From Podarcis pityusensis (Eukaryota), in the NCBI GenBank assembly GCA_964106645.2, contig OZ067044.1: a DNA stretch of 64,000 bases; one strand, given 5' to 3'. The translations under genes were made by a program, and so were the position numbers. This document shows, piece after piece, positions 49,850 to 61,125 of this stretch. Each line of letters begins with the position of its first letter. The stretch's first letter is position 1. The notes beneath the pieces were generated by a model that saw nothing but the letters and a program-made list of their open reading frames with translations, was not told where the DNA came from and searched no databases.

Positions 49850-50490
49850 ATTATTTGAAGCAGCATCTATCAAGGTCCTACGAAATTCCTATTTAATTAA
49901 AATTGCAGGGGATCAAGCGTTCCAAAGCGAATGCCTATTTATTCCTATTTTATCTATGGCTGGTACAAAAAAGGGATATGCTTTGTTGCTGCCTCATCCA
50001 CTCCCCTGTCTCTCAGACCATTATTCATTATTGTGAGATCACCTGAATGAGAACCTAAAATAACCCTTGAAGGTGTGAGAGATACAACTCTTAACTTTCC
50101 TGATTATCCTAGGTTTAGGGGAGGAAAGAACCTGACAAATAATCCCACTGTCATTGTGTGGTCATTACAGTGTCGCACGAGTCTGGACAAGTTATTAGGT
50201 CAGACGCTAACTTCCTAAGTAGAAAAATGATGTGGTCGTCTTTGTCCTTTCTGCAGTAATGGCTGGAGTCAGTACTAATTAAGGGCCTGCGGCAGTGTGG
50301 TGCGAGAGAGGTCAGAGACTTCTTTCTGACACCTAAACAGTGCTCAGCTCAAACGAAGTGCCCCTAATCTGAAATGATGTGGTGTAGAGCTGGCCTTTCA
50401 GCTCCACTGTATATTTAAAGGAAAATGACAGTTAATGACAGGGGTGTCAAAAAGAGCAGATGGAGAGGCTGAGGAAAACATAGCTTTATG
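49850..50490. promoter_or_regulatory. Putative conserved enhancer with MEIS/TALE, SOX and homeodomain motifs
   Basis: TGACAG twice plus TGTCA within 50426-50449; CTGTCATTGT at ~50148; TAATTA at ~49894 and ~50276; several CpGs in unique sequence. Confidence 0.45.
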
Positions 50491-53400
50491 GTAAAAAAAA
50501 AAAAAAAATCTACCTACAATTAGTTGCTGCATTTAAAAACAGAGCTTACTAAATATACACAAGTAGACTTGCAATTCCCTGGCACGTTTGTACATCAGGG
50601 ATTATGCAGCTAAGGAATTTGTATTATCTGCACTGCTGAAATAATTGCTTTTGACCAAGAAAGATTGTCTACTGCCATTATTTATCATGTAGTAATGAAG
50701 TGAAATAAAATCTGGTTTCCTACCACATGAACCCATGCAAACAAACTATACATTACCTTCAATTCTCTGCTACTAAACTAGAAACTGGCAAATTCAGTTG
50801 CATTTCCTTAACTTTTTTAAAAAAATCTCATTCACTGTAATCCGTATCAGTAATTCTTCTTGTAACCATTGCCCACTTTATATATATAGAACTTGGATAA
50901 ACAAAAGCAGTATCTAAAACAGAAACTACCAAGATTTATTGTCAGTTAGTCATAATACAAACCAGAATAGTTTACTCATTACTCCAAATCTATACAGTAC
51001 GTTGGCACAAATCCTTTCCATTCACCCTTTATATCCATCCCCAGTGATTTACTTGCAAGTCTTTGACTGACATTGTATTAATATCAGGAATTATTTCAGG
51101 CATAGTGAGACAACATGAAAATTTAAGATGATGTGGCTAGATCTACCTCTATCTGCCCCGTTTCAGGTATATGAGTGCGCACATGTGCATACATGCTTCA
51201 GACGGAAACTTGATCCATATTTTCTGTTTTATATTTTTCTTTAGACACACTGAAAATAAATTTTTTTAGGTGTTATAGTTTATAACCGTTGTTCACATTA
51301 CACACAGGAACAGGAATATGTATAAAAAGAAAATATTACTTTTTAATTATTTGCTTTGCAACTTAAAAAACCCCTGAAGACTCCCCAAACAATTCAGTAA
51401 GTTCAAAGTGGTCCTCACTGAACAAAAATCCCTAACTTTTCACATATGCCAATTGTCCAAATTTACTTCCTGGGTCAGGCTATATGAAGAGTATGTGTGC
51501 AATTCTGTTCAATTTTTAAAAAGTTTACCACAGTGCTAGAAAATGTGAAAAAGAGACAATGGAAGAAGATGTGATGACCACCAGCTCAAATAGCTGAGGT
51601 ATCTCAAGCATGGGTATGGGGAGAGGCAAAGTAAATAATTCAAATAAATAAAAAAAAAGCAAACATACAAAACTAGCATCAGAGAACAGATCTACTTTAT
51701 TTCATATTTAATAAAATTATTATTATTTCATAAAAGTTATATACTACTTGATTGTAGTAAAAACCTCAAAGATCTATTTCTGGTAGATCTGGCGACTTAG
51801 CAGTGACAAGGCCTCTGAAAAACCAGGTCCTCTGCCCTCTGCTGGCTCTCAGTAGGTAGGTGTGTTGTCCATCTGTAAGTGGACCTGGTATCCAGATGTC
51901 CATCACTCATCACTGAAACACTCAGTTGTTTTCTGGATAACATCACCTCCTTCAGCCCTTAATTAATTAGGATGCTGCAACTTTACATTTTATTCCTCAC
52001 TGCATTTCATTTTTTAAAAATGCAAAAAGCAAAACGCTAGATTAACAATGCTGAACTACACTGCAGATATGGCATATACTACCTTCTCCCCAAAATTTCA
52101 GCAAAACTGGTATTAACTACCCTAGGTTAGTTTGCAGGGCTGGCACAACCCCAATTCTTTCAGCCTCAAACTTGTCTCCTGCAATAAAGGTATAGAAACG
52201 GTGAACTACATCAATATTAACAGAGCATTTTTTTTTAATGTTCAGAAATTCAGGAGAAAATAACCTTTTGTATGAAGTAGGACCTAACCTAGAAAGATCA
52301 CAAGCTCCTTTATTTGCTGCTACCTTTTGTTTTTGATTTAACATGCAACTCCCCAATCACAGCTACAGTAAAATTCTGGAGACCTGAATTGTTTTCTGTG
52401 GGGCAGCAATCATTTCTTCACCAGGGAAGACCAAGAGAAAAGGCTTTTGAAAAAAATCACCTGCTGAAGAATTTTAGTATTTACACATTTTTTAAAACGG
52501 CAGAAGAAGGGAAAAGAGAAAGTTACTAAAATCTAGATAGATCTAAATGGTCATGTAATCTGCTCACTTCTTTCCTCACTCATAAGACCAAACTTTTTGA
52601 TGTTTGTTCTGTTTGTTTGGACTAAGTGGCCATTAAGCTTAAAAATCAAACTGGACCAAAGACAACAGGCCAGGCTAGCCATGTATTTAAAGCAGGTACC
52701 TGGTAGCCACAGGCAACAAGATATTGCACACAGGCGAGTAAGCAGGCTGGCAGAAAAGGATGGGATGGAGTGTTCTGGTTGTCCTCTGCTCCCAGCAAAG
52801 ATGCCAAATGGGTTGCAGGAGAGAGAAATCTCTCCTTCTCCACATCCTGCGCAGAAGTGCAATGGGCTACTGGAGGATGGCTGGACCTTCCTATCCCTTC
52901 TCTGCAGGTTCCCAATAGGGTAGTAAAATGTTTTGCAGGCTATTTTGTAACTTTTATAGGCTTATTTACAAGGCTGGGCAGACTATTAATTCCATATCCC
53001 AAAACAAGCTCTTTATAGGCCAAGCACTGAAAAAGTGATCCAGGAGGATGGAAACGGACGCCCAAAGAAATTGTAATGAACAAATCAAAGATATGTGTCA
53101 TTAAATTTCTGAGTACAGGGGAAAGGCATCTTCTTCCCATTATTGATTTGATAAAAAAATTGTCTTCACATTCAAGTTTGGAAGTTTTGGGATTCTTGCG
53201 TGAAACCCTCAATTCAAGCCTCCTGGGTTCCTGGGTGCAAAACATGCATTGCTGTGGATAATGGAATCTGCAGCTTAGTACCTGACCTTCCATTACTAAA
53301 AGTCAGTAAATCCTGTCAAATACTTGCCTTTCTCTGAAGGAGCAGATGGGCTACTGCTGTGTGGATACTCTTTGCCCCTCTTATTGGTCTTTCATTCTTG

Positions 53401-54013
53401 AACTAAATATGCCATTCACTAAATTCTGTGCAGTCTGGATTGTATGGGCATTTCCTCAGTTACATTCCAGTTATTCTGACCTAATGATGTGCACAAAGGC
53501 CTTGAAAAGTTATGGCCAACTGCTTGCAAATCAACCTTTGCAAATACGCTAGTATACAGGATTTAACCAGTGAGGACCTGATGTTTAACCCCCTGTGTCA
53601 ATGAGCAGCTTGCAAGCAGGAGCACCTGCAGGCCTGAACTCTGTGATACTACAGTTCCACTAATACAGCATTCCACTCATAAGTAATCGGGTCACCTGAG
53701 CATCTAACAGGGTCCCATCTAGCCATGCTTGCTAATTATGACTTGACGCTACTGTTTGATCAACTCAATTATTAACGTATTCTTAGCAGCTCACAAAATT
53801 CTGAGTCCTGTGTTACTTGCCCGCTTCCAGCCCTGATATTGCTCTTTTTGGGGGGGGGTGTTAAAATTAAGCCATAGATTTCTCCGTAAAATAAAAATAA
53901 CAGAACTGAATTGATAAAGAAACTTAAAATAATTGACTGACTTTCAATGTATGTACTGTATACCCATTTCAATGGCTTTAAGCTGTCATTTATAAATTTG
54001 CAACAACAACAGC

Positions 54014-54370
54014 ATCTGTCAATTTGGTTCCTCTCAGTTTCTCGTTTTTTCCAATCTTAAATTCAGATTGCCGTATTGCCACATCAGTTTGTGATTTTTC
54101 TTTTAAAGTCCTAAAAGAATCACCATCTGTTTTTCTCCTAATGTGCACGTTTTGTATGAAATGTTGCCTAATATTCAATTTTTTTGAAAGTAAGTTTCCT
54201 CAATACAATGCATTTTTGTATGTCATGTTTACATTTTTATGCACTGTTTACCCTACTATAAAATTTTGTACATGTTGTTTTGGTTAAAGAACTGCACTGC
54301 AAAATTCAGAGAAATGTGAAATGGAGCATATCATTTGGGATAGTACGAATTAGGTAGGTTCCCATCCCTA
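54014..54370. mobile_element. Non-autonomous DNA transposon relic (hAT-like TAGGGATGGG end)
   Basis: Ends in ttcccatcccta; the T-rich body resembles a common squamate repeat. The other TIR was not recognised. Confidence 0.55.
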
Positions 54371-55022
54371 CATTGAGGGCATTGTTGTATGTATAAATAA
54401 ATAAACATTAAAATTCATGCGTTTTCTGACATACTACTTATGTCTTGTTCTAGATCAGGAGACATGAGGACCTTTTCCCCTTTCGGTGGCCCCTGATGAT
54501 CTAGTCTTCTTGTTCATTAACATTTTAAGCAGTCAAAGACAAGCGAACAAAGGGTTCCTTTAGCAGTCAGTGTGAATTTCCACTTAGTGAACTAGTCACC
54601 TTGCTTGATTTTTTTCCCCTATGAGATTTTTGCATTATTAATTTGGTAGCAAAGAATGTTAACAGGTTCATATTAATGTCATTAAAACATTTTCAATGCA
54701 GATTGAAATTATGAAGCATTATAAAACGTAATCCAGATATTATGACTTTCGTTGCCAAATGAATAGAAATAAATTCAAATATAACCAAAACCTTTCTCTC
54801 TCTATAATATACACCATAGTGGCTTAGAAGAAGCATTTGCAATGTGTAAATAATATATGTGTGTAAATTGGTCTACTGCATCCATATACACATGTATTTA
54901 CATATTAACATGACAGGCTACAGAGACATTAAATGAGTTGATTTGTTCTCTTACACACTACAAGTATTTCTAATTACTTTAAGCGCACCAGACAACCCCA
55001 AAAAGTCACAGAAATGCATATT

Positions 55023-55118
55023 TTAGGCTGCAATCCTGTGCACTCTGTTCTATGAGTAAGCCCCACTGAACATAGTAGGGTGTGTTTCTGAATATATAGG
55101 CCCAGGATTGCACTGCAA
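55023..55118. repeat. Short palindromic MITE-like repeat; further copies at ~55364-55460, ~57161-57248, ~57830-57908 and ~58878-58970
   Basis: TGCAATCCTG ... CAGGATTGCA perfect inverted pair; shared core gagtaagccccactgaac. Confidence 0.7.
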
Positions 55119-58100
55119 ATCAAATATTTCAATAAGACCTTTCCACATTTTTTATATAACATCGAGAAGCATGCTATTATGCAGGATCACTAATGTGTAA
55201 AGGTTTTGAAAGCCTAGCTAATTTTATACACCACAGGGGTGGAAACATGGTCCTCAAACTGAAACATGATCCCCACCCTTGATCTACAAAAAAGAAACCT
55301 GCTTCCCCTAACAGCAAACCTCTGAGTTCCACTGGCTTGCTAAACTTTCTATCTCATTGTGATTAAGGCTACATTCCTATATATATCTAAATATACTTAT
55401 CTGCAACCACATCCCATTGAACTTGGAGCTTACCTCTGAATAGACATAAACTTCAACTGTTAACTTCCTATAGAATAAGGTCCTTCACACAAACTGTGTG
55501 AAGAACTCATTCAAGAAATTCCACAATACTGTAAAAATCCGTGTTCCTGATAAGCATCTGAATCAAGTACTATGGGATGAAAAAGGAACTAATTCCAGTT
55601 ACTGGGGAATCATATTTATCTGTAAAAGTGCTAAAGAGATACATAAAATATTTTCAGTCAGAAGATGATGTAAGCATGAGTGATGGCTGCACAAGGACAT
55701 GTTGATGTGGCACTATACACAAGCTAGGAAGCCAGTTTGAATATTTTGAATACAGACAACTCCTCATTCATGCGGGAGTTGCATTCCAAGGCATTTAAGT
55801 GAAATCACGTATATTTGGGGGAAAGCCTGCAAACACCATCCAAACCTCCTTCCTCAAATTCAAACTCTCCACAGGCCTCAAAGGGCTCCTGAGACAGCAC
55901 TTGCAAAGATTTATGGGATTACTAGACATTGTTTTCACACTCTTTCCAAAGTACTGGTACATATACGGTGGGAAACTACACTAAACTGCTATGCTGCAAT
56001 GGTTTATCCAACTAGGGGTTTTTTTTTGCCTTTGCTAATTTCTTTTATTGGGCCTAAGATTAAAATTTTCCAGTTTGAATCTAAAGCCTACAAGTTTTTA
56101 AGAAATCTAAACTATGCCACAAGAGCCAACCTCACTAATGTTCCACTAATATTGTTATATAAATGGGGGGAAATACAGAAATAATTTAGAACTAAACACA
56201 ATATCGAATGAAGGATATCAGAATTCCCTGGTTGTTGGTGCTGATGGTAAAAAACAAACAAAAAAAACCATGCCTCTATGGCCAGACAGAGGAACAGCTT
56301 TGTAAGAGATCCTCAGGTTCCTCAATGAACATACCGCTCCTTTCAATATAAACTTCGTATTGTGCTGGGTTGAGGAGAAAGAAGGGAACATCAGTCTAAG
56401 TATGAATATATACAATAACTATGTAAGAACAAAAGTTGAGGTCAATCACATTCCTATTTATTTTAGCTGCTACCTCACATTATCAGGACATTCTACACTG
56501 GAATAATTTTACAATAAACTACACCAAGTCCTTGAGCCTTGGAAGCAAATTTGTCATGTATAAAATCAAAACATGAAGGACAAGTGGTGATTTGGTGGCA
56601 CCTAATTCAGGAATGAATATGGCTGCCTACTTCCCTACTGTCATATGTTGATCTGTATTCCCTTGTTCCATACACTACTATACAGATACTCCCAGGAGCC
56701 CCTTGTGTTAGGGGGTAATCTTTGACCAGTATCATTATATATGAAAACAGCACTTACGTTTTTGGTCTACTTAAAGTATTTTTATTTAAAATAAAAATAA
56801 TAATAACCACAGTGAAAGTGATGTACATAATCATTGTCATTTGGTAAATTATACTTGCCAGTGGTCAAAGCCTGCCCTTTTGAAACATAAGGTAGCAATT
56901 TTGCCCTTACAGTACTTTAAAAAGGATTAGAGGAACTACTGTAAGGATATAAAAATAGTATGGAATAGAAAGTTCTGTATTTAAGAATTTTGTCTGTAAG
57001 CCCAATTATTGCAGTCTTGTAATTTATTTAGTGATGACAGGATTGGGTTCTAATACTGAGCACTGGACATTGCAACAGCACAATAATGTTACACTGTGGT
57101 CAAACACTTCAGTAAAGAAAGGTTAATCAGAATTACACTTTGCTTAACTGTAAAGGGTCATGGTTGCAATCCTGAACACACTTACTAGGAAGTAATCCCA
57201 CTGGACACAGTGAGACTTGTTTCCGAGTAAACATGCAATGAGATGCACAACGTCATATCATATTTCTCATTTCAGCTTTTATAATTACATTGAAGACTGC
57301 TGTTAAATGTTAATGTTTACAGTAAATTCAGTAATGCATCTTATGGGGGGATCCTTTAAATGAAAGACAAATATATTGTACATTCTAAGTTGGTATGAGA
57401 AGTCAAAATATTGTTTACTCAGGCTGCACAGTGAAATATGTAATTTTGAATTCCCTTTTTAGGGGAAAAACCCTGCAATCTCATCAGAAATGTCTTTTAC
57501 ATTAAAAAGCAATATTCAGGTTTCTAGTTTTTGCCAACACACACAAAGATGAGACATTGTATAATTCCCCTCCTTTGGTGTGCCAACTTGTATGCCCGCC
57601 TGCACTGTTTCCACAATCTTCAGTTATTTTTAAATGAAAATACAAAGGGGGCTGGGGTGGAGAGGAAAAATAGGTTTCTAATAAAAGGAACTATCTAGAC
57701 TAGAGGAACCTATTGAGCAAGACTGATGGCAAAGAATTTGCATCATATAATCGGCCGTGTTTGGCAAAACAGAAAAACAAAAAACCCAGCAAATTATGTC
57801 AATATAAAAACAGTGTTATAGAAATACCCAGCAGTTCCATCTCATGTATGTTTATTTGGAAGTAAATCCTACTATGTTCAGTGGGATTTACTCTCATGTA
57901 AGCATGCACAAAACTAAACGTATCTAGCCAAGATTGTAACAACTAAATATTCTTATTAAAAATGCCACTGCTTGGGAAACAGATAATTTTGTTTCTGAAA
58001 TACATTTCTTAGTTAAAAATAAAATCCTTTGCGGTTAATTCTACGGAGAAATCTACTGTATTCCTGCTGCACATATCTGACTGTCCTGCAAATAATTACA

Positions 58101-59148
58101 GAGTGCAGACTTGACTGTCATTCATGTGTATCTATTCTATTGTGTGAAGGGAAAAATAAAATGGTTGCCCATACATTAGCACATCACCCATGGCTAGTGC
58201 AATGACAAGATAGATTAGGATGTATATTAAATCTCACACATGACTGCTTTTCTGTATCAAGGTAAAAAATACTTGCTCTTACATACATTAGGGGCTAGCG
58301 TTGGACTGACATCTACATTAATATTGACAGCATGTCAACATTTTTTACATATACTAAGTCAATAGCTAGCCTAAATCTGGTAAAAGGTAGATAACAAAAA
58401 TTTTGTTGTGTGTGTGTGTGTGTGTGTGTATGCGGTGTGTATAGGGCATGGAGATCTAGAATATAAACATATTTCCCCTATTAGAAAAAAGAACCATAAA
58501 TAAGACCTTTCTTTTAAATTAATCCTACAGGAAATGTCTCAATATTTTATTTATATATATATACCACCCTATACCTGGAGGTCTCAGGGTGCTTCACAGA
58601 ATATATATGCTATGGCTTCATAACGGAGCCTCATTTGACAATAAGAGCTCTAGCAGAGAAGGAATGGGAAAGAAAATACAGACATTGAATATTATATACT
58701 GTATTACATTGTATTACAAAAAAAATGGGGTAGTATTATTTTGCCTATACAAAATTGCTATTACAGTTCCACTTTCAATACAGTGTCTTAAAATGAAGCA
58801 AACCCCTCTAAAAATTAACACTCATTAACCTCCTCATCTTAGTAACTTATTAAAAATATTTGGTTGAATTCAGCCTCACAGTGCAACCCTATGCATTTCT
58901 ACACAAAAGTAAGTCCCACGGAGTTAAACAGGGCTTACACCCAAGTAAGTGCATATTAGTTCAGCTTAGCTCCTATTAAAATAAATGGGACAAGTCAGTA
59001 AAGACTTAAGTCCCACTGATTGCAATGCACTTTTTAGATGGAAAAAGGTTGAATTCAACCTAGGTTAGCAGGTTCATGAGGGACCAGGATGGTTAATGGC
59101 AATACTGGTTACTGTCTGGCTATTGCACTTCAGTAATGGACAGTGTGG

Positions 59149-59508
59149 TGGGACGCGGGTGGCGCTGTGGGTAAAACCTCAGCGCCTAGGACTTGCCGAT
59201 CGCATGGTCGGCGGTTCGAATCCCCACGGCGGGGTGCGCTCCTGTCGTTTGGTCCCAGCGTCTGCCAACCTAGCAGTTTGAAAGCACCCCCGGGTGCAAG
59301 TAGATAAATAGGGACCGCTTTACAGCGGGAAGGTAAACGGCGTTCCGTGTGCTGCGCTGGCTCGCCAAATGCAGCTTGTCACGCTGGCCACGTGACCCGG
59401 AAGTGTCTGCGGACAGCGCTGGCTCCCGGCCTATAGAGTGAGATGAGCGCACAACCCTAGAGTCTGGCAAGACTGGCCCGTACGGGCAGGGGTACCTTTA
59501 CCTTTACC
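59149..59508 (+). mobile_element. Sauria SINE, second subfamily, full length
   Basis: gggacgcgggtggcgctgtgggtaaaacc head, ggttcgaatcc B box, (ACCTTT)n tail; 15-bp TSD TAATGGACAGTGTGG (59134-59148, 59509-59523). Confidence 0.92.
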
Positions 59509-59544
59509 TAATGGACAGTGTGGAGAGGCAGCATCACTCCCCTG

Positions 59545-59737
59545 GCCTCCCGACAACTGAGCTGCTGCTGCTTACCAGAAAAGAGGGGAGAGGAGTGGTA
59601 AGACATTGAAATCAGTGTGGTGCAAACACACTGGCAGGAAAGCTGGATTAGCTCCACCTGTGCATTTTCACCATGTCAGCCTCACCACAGCCTTCCCCTT
59701 CCTTCGTGGTAAGCAGAAGTGACTCAGCTGTTGGAGG
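59545..59737. repeat. Imperfect ~48-bp inverted repeat pair, probable MITE relic
   Basis: cctcccgacaactgagctgctgctgcttaccagaaaagaggggagagg versus the reverse complement of ccttccccttccttcgtggtaagcagaagtgactcagctgttggagg. Confidence 0.55.
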
Positions 59738-59777
59738 TCAGCTAAGCACCACAGCTCAACCATGTGGTACACTACTC

Positions 59778-60314
59778 CTGCACCTAAAAAAGATATTGTA
59801 GAGCTGGAAATGGTTCAGAGAAGGGCAACCAAAGTGATCAAGGGATGAGTAAGTAAAACAAGACAGAGGTGTATACTGTTCAGCATGGTGTAGAGAAGGT
59901 GGCTAAAGAATACTTCTTTTTCCTCTCTCATAATTCTCAAACCTGAGGTCATGCAAAGAAGCTGAATGTTGGAAAATTCAGGACAGGCGAAAGGAGGTAT
60001 TTCTTCACACCGTGCATAAACCATGGAATTTGTTTCATAGATGTAGTGGTGGCCACCTATTGGGCTAGCTTTAGCACAAGATCAGACAAACCACGGAGGA
60101 TAAACCTATCAATTGTTCCAAGTCATGATGGCTCTGTACTATGTCCATTGTTGGTGGTCTGCATCTGAATGCCAGATCCTGGGGAGCACAAGTGGGGGGT
60201 GCTGTTCTGCTCATGTCCTGCTTGCAGACTTCCCAAAGGCATCTGGTTGGCCACTGTAAGAACAGGATGCTGGACCAGATGGGCTTTGGGCCTGATCCAG
60301 CAGGGCTCTTATGT
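59778..60314 (+). mobile_element. CR1 LINE 3' end
   Basis: gatattgtagagctggaaatggttcagagaagggcaaccaaagtgatcaaggg (LEMVQRRATKVIKG) through ggatgctggaccagatggg...ctgatccagcagggctcttatg. Confidence 0.85.
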
Positions 60315-60469
60315 GTAATAGTGAAACCAGGAAGTCTCTATCCATAGTTTTCCGTTTTGTCTGATCTAGGAAACTATATCTACTCTGGAACAAGCCAGAA
60401 TCATAAACCATGGTTTGAAATTAATTTAATAACTTGGCTTGTCACAAAGCTGGTGGCAACAGTTTCTTA

Positions 60470-61125
60470 AGAACACAAGCCTGCTGGATAAAGTCAATAA
60501 ACTATCTAATCCAGCCTCCTTTTTCCACAGTGGCTGACCAGATGTTTGTGGGAAGCCTGCAAGCTGGACATGAGCACAACAGGACCTGCGATCCTGGCAA
60601 CTAGCATTCATTGGCATAATGCTGCTGACCACGGAGGGAGAGCAGAGCCATCATGGCTAGTAGCCACTGATAGCCTTGTCCTCTATGAAATTGTCCAATC
60701 CTCTTTTAAAGCTACCCAAGTTGCTGGTCATCACAGCCTCCTGTGGGACCAAGTTCCAAAGTTTAACTATGTGGTGCATGATGAAGTGCTTTCTCATATC
60801 TGTCCTCAACTGTCCAATGTTCAACTTCGTAGGCTATCCATGAGTTTGAGTGTTATGAGGGAGAAAGAAAATATTTTCTCTATCCACTGTCTCCATACCA
60901 TGAATGCGTAAGTTTTTAAATTTCTATCGTATCACCTCTTACTTGCCTTTTCACTAAACTAAAAAGTCCCAAATACTGCAATCCTTCCTCACAGTGGAGT
61001 TCCTTATCCCCTTGATCATTTTGGTTGCCCTTTTCTGGACATTTCCCAACCCTACGTTATCCTTTTTGAGGTGTACTCAGAACTGTACACAGTATTCCGA
61101 ATGTAGTGGCACCATAGATCTGTAT
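60470..61125 (-). mobile_element. CR1 LINE 3' end, tail-to-tail with the previous copy
   Basis: gcctgctgga...cacagtggctgaccagatg through ccccttgatcattttggttgcccttttctggac...cagaactgtacacagtattcc. Confidence 0.85.

Noticed and set aside
52940-53293. 117-aa minus-strand ORF, and similar ORFs at 22150-22377, 36196-36423 and 39047-39421
   Set aside because: No recognisable domain or coherent gene structure; lengths are compatible with chance.
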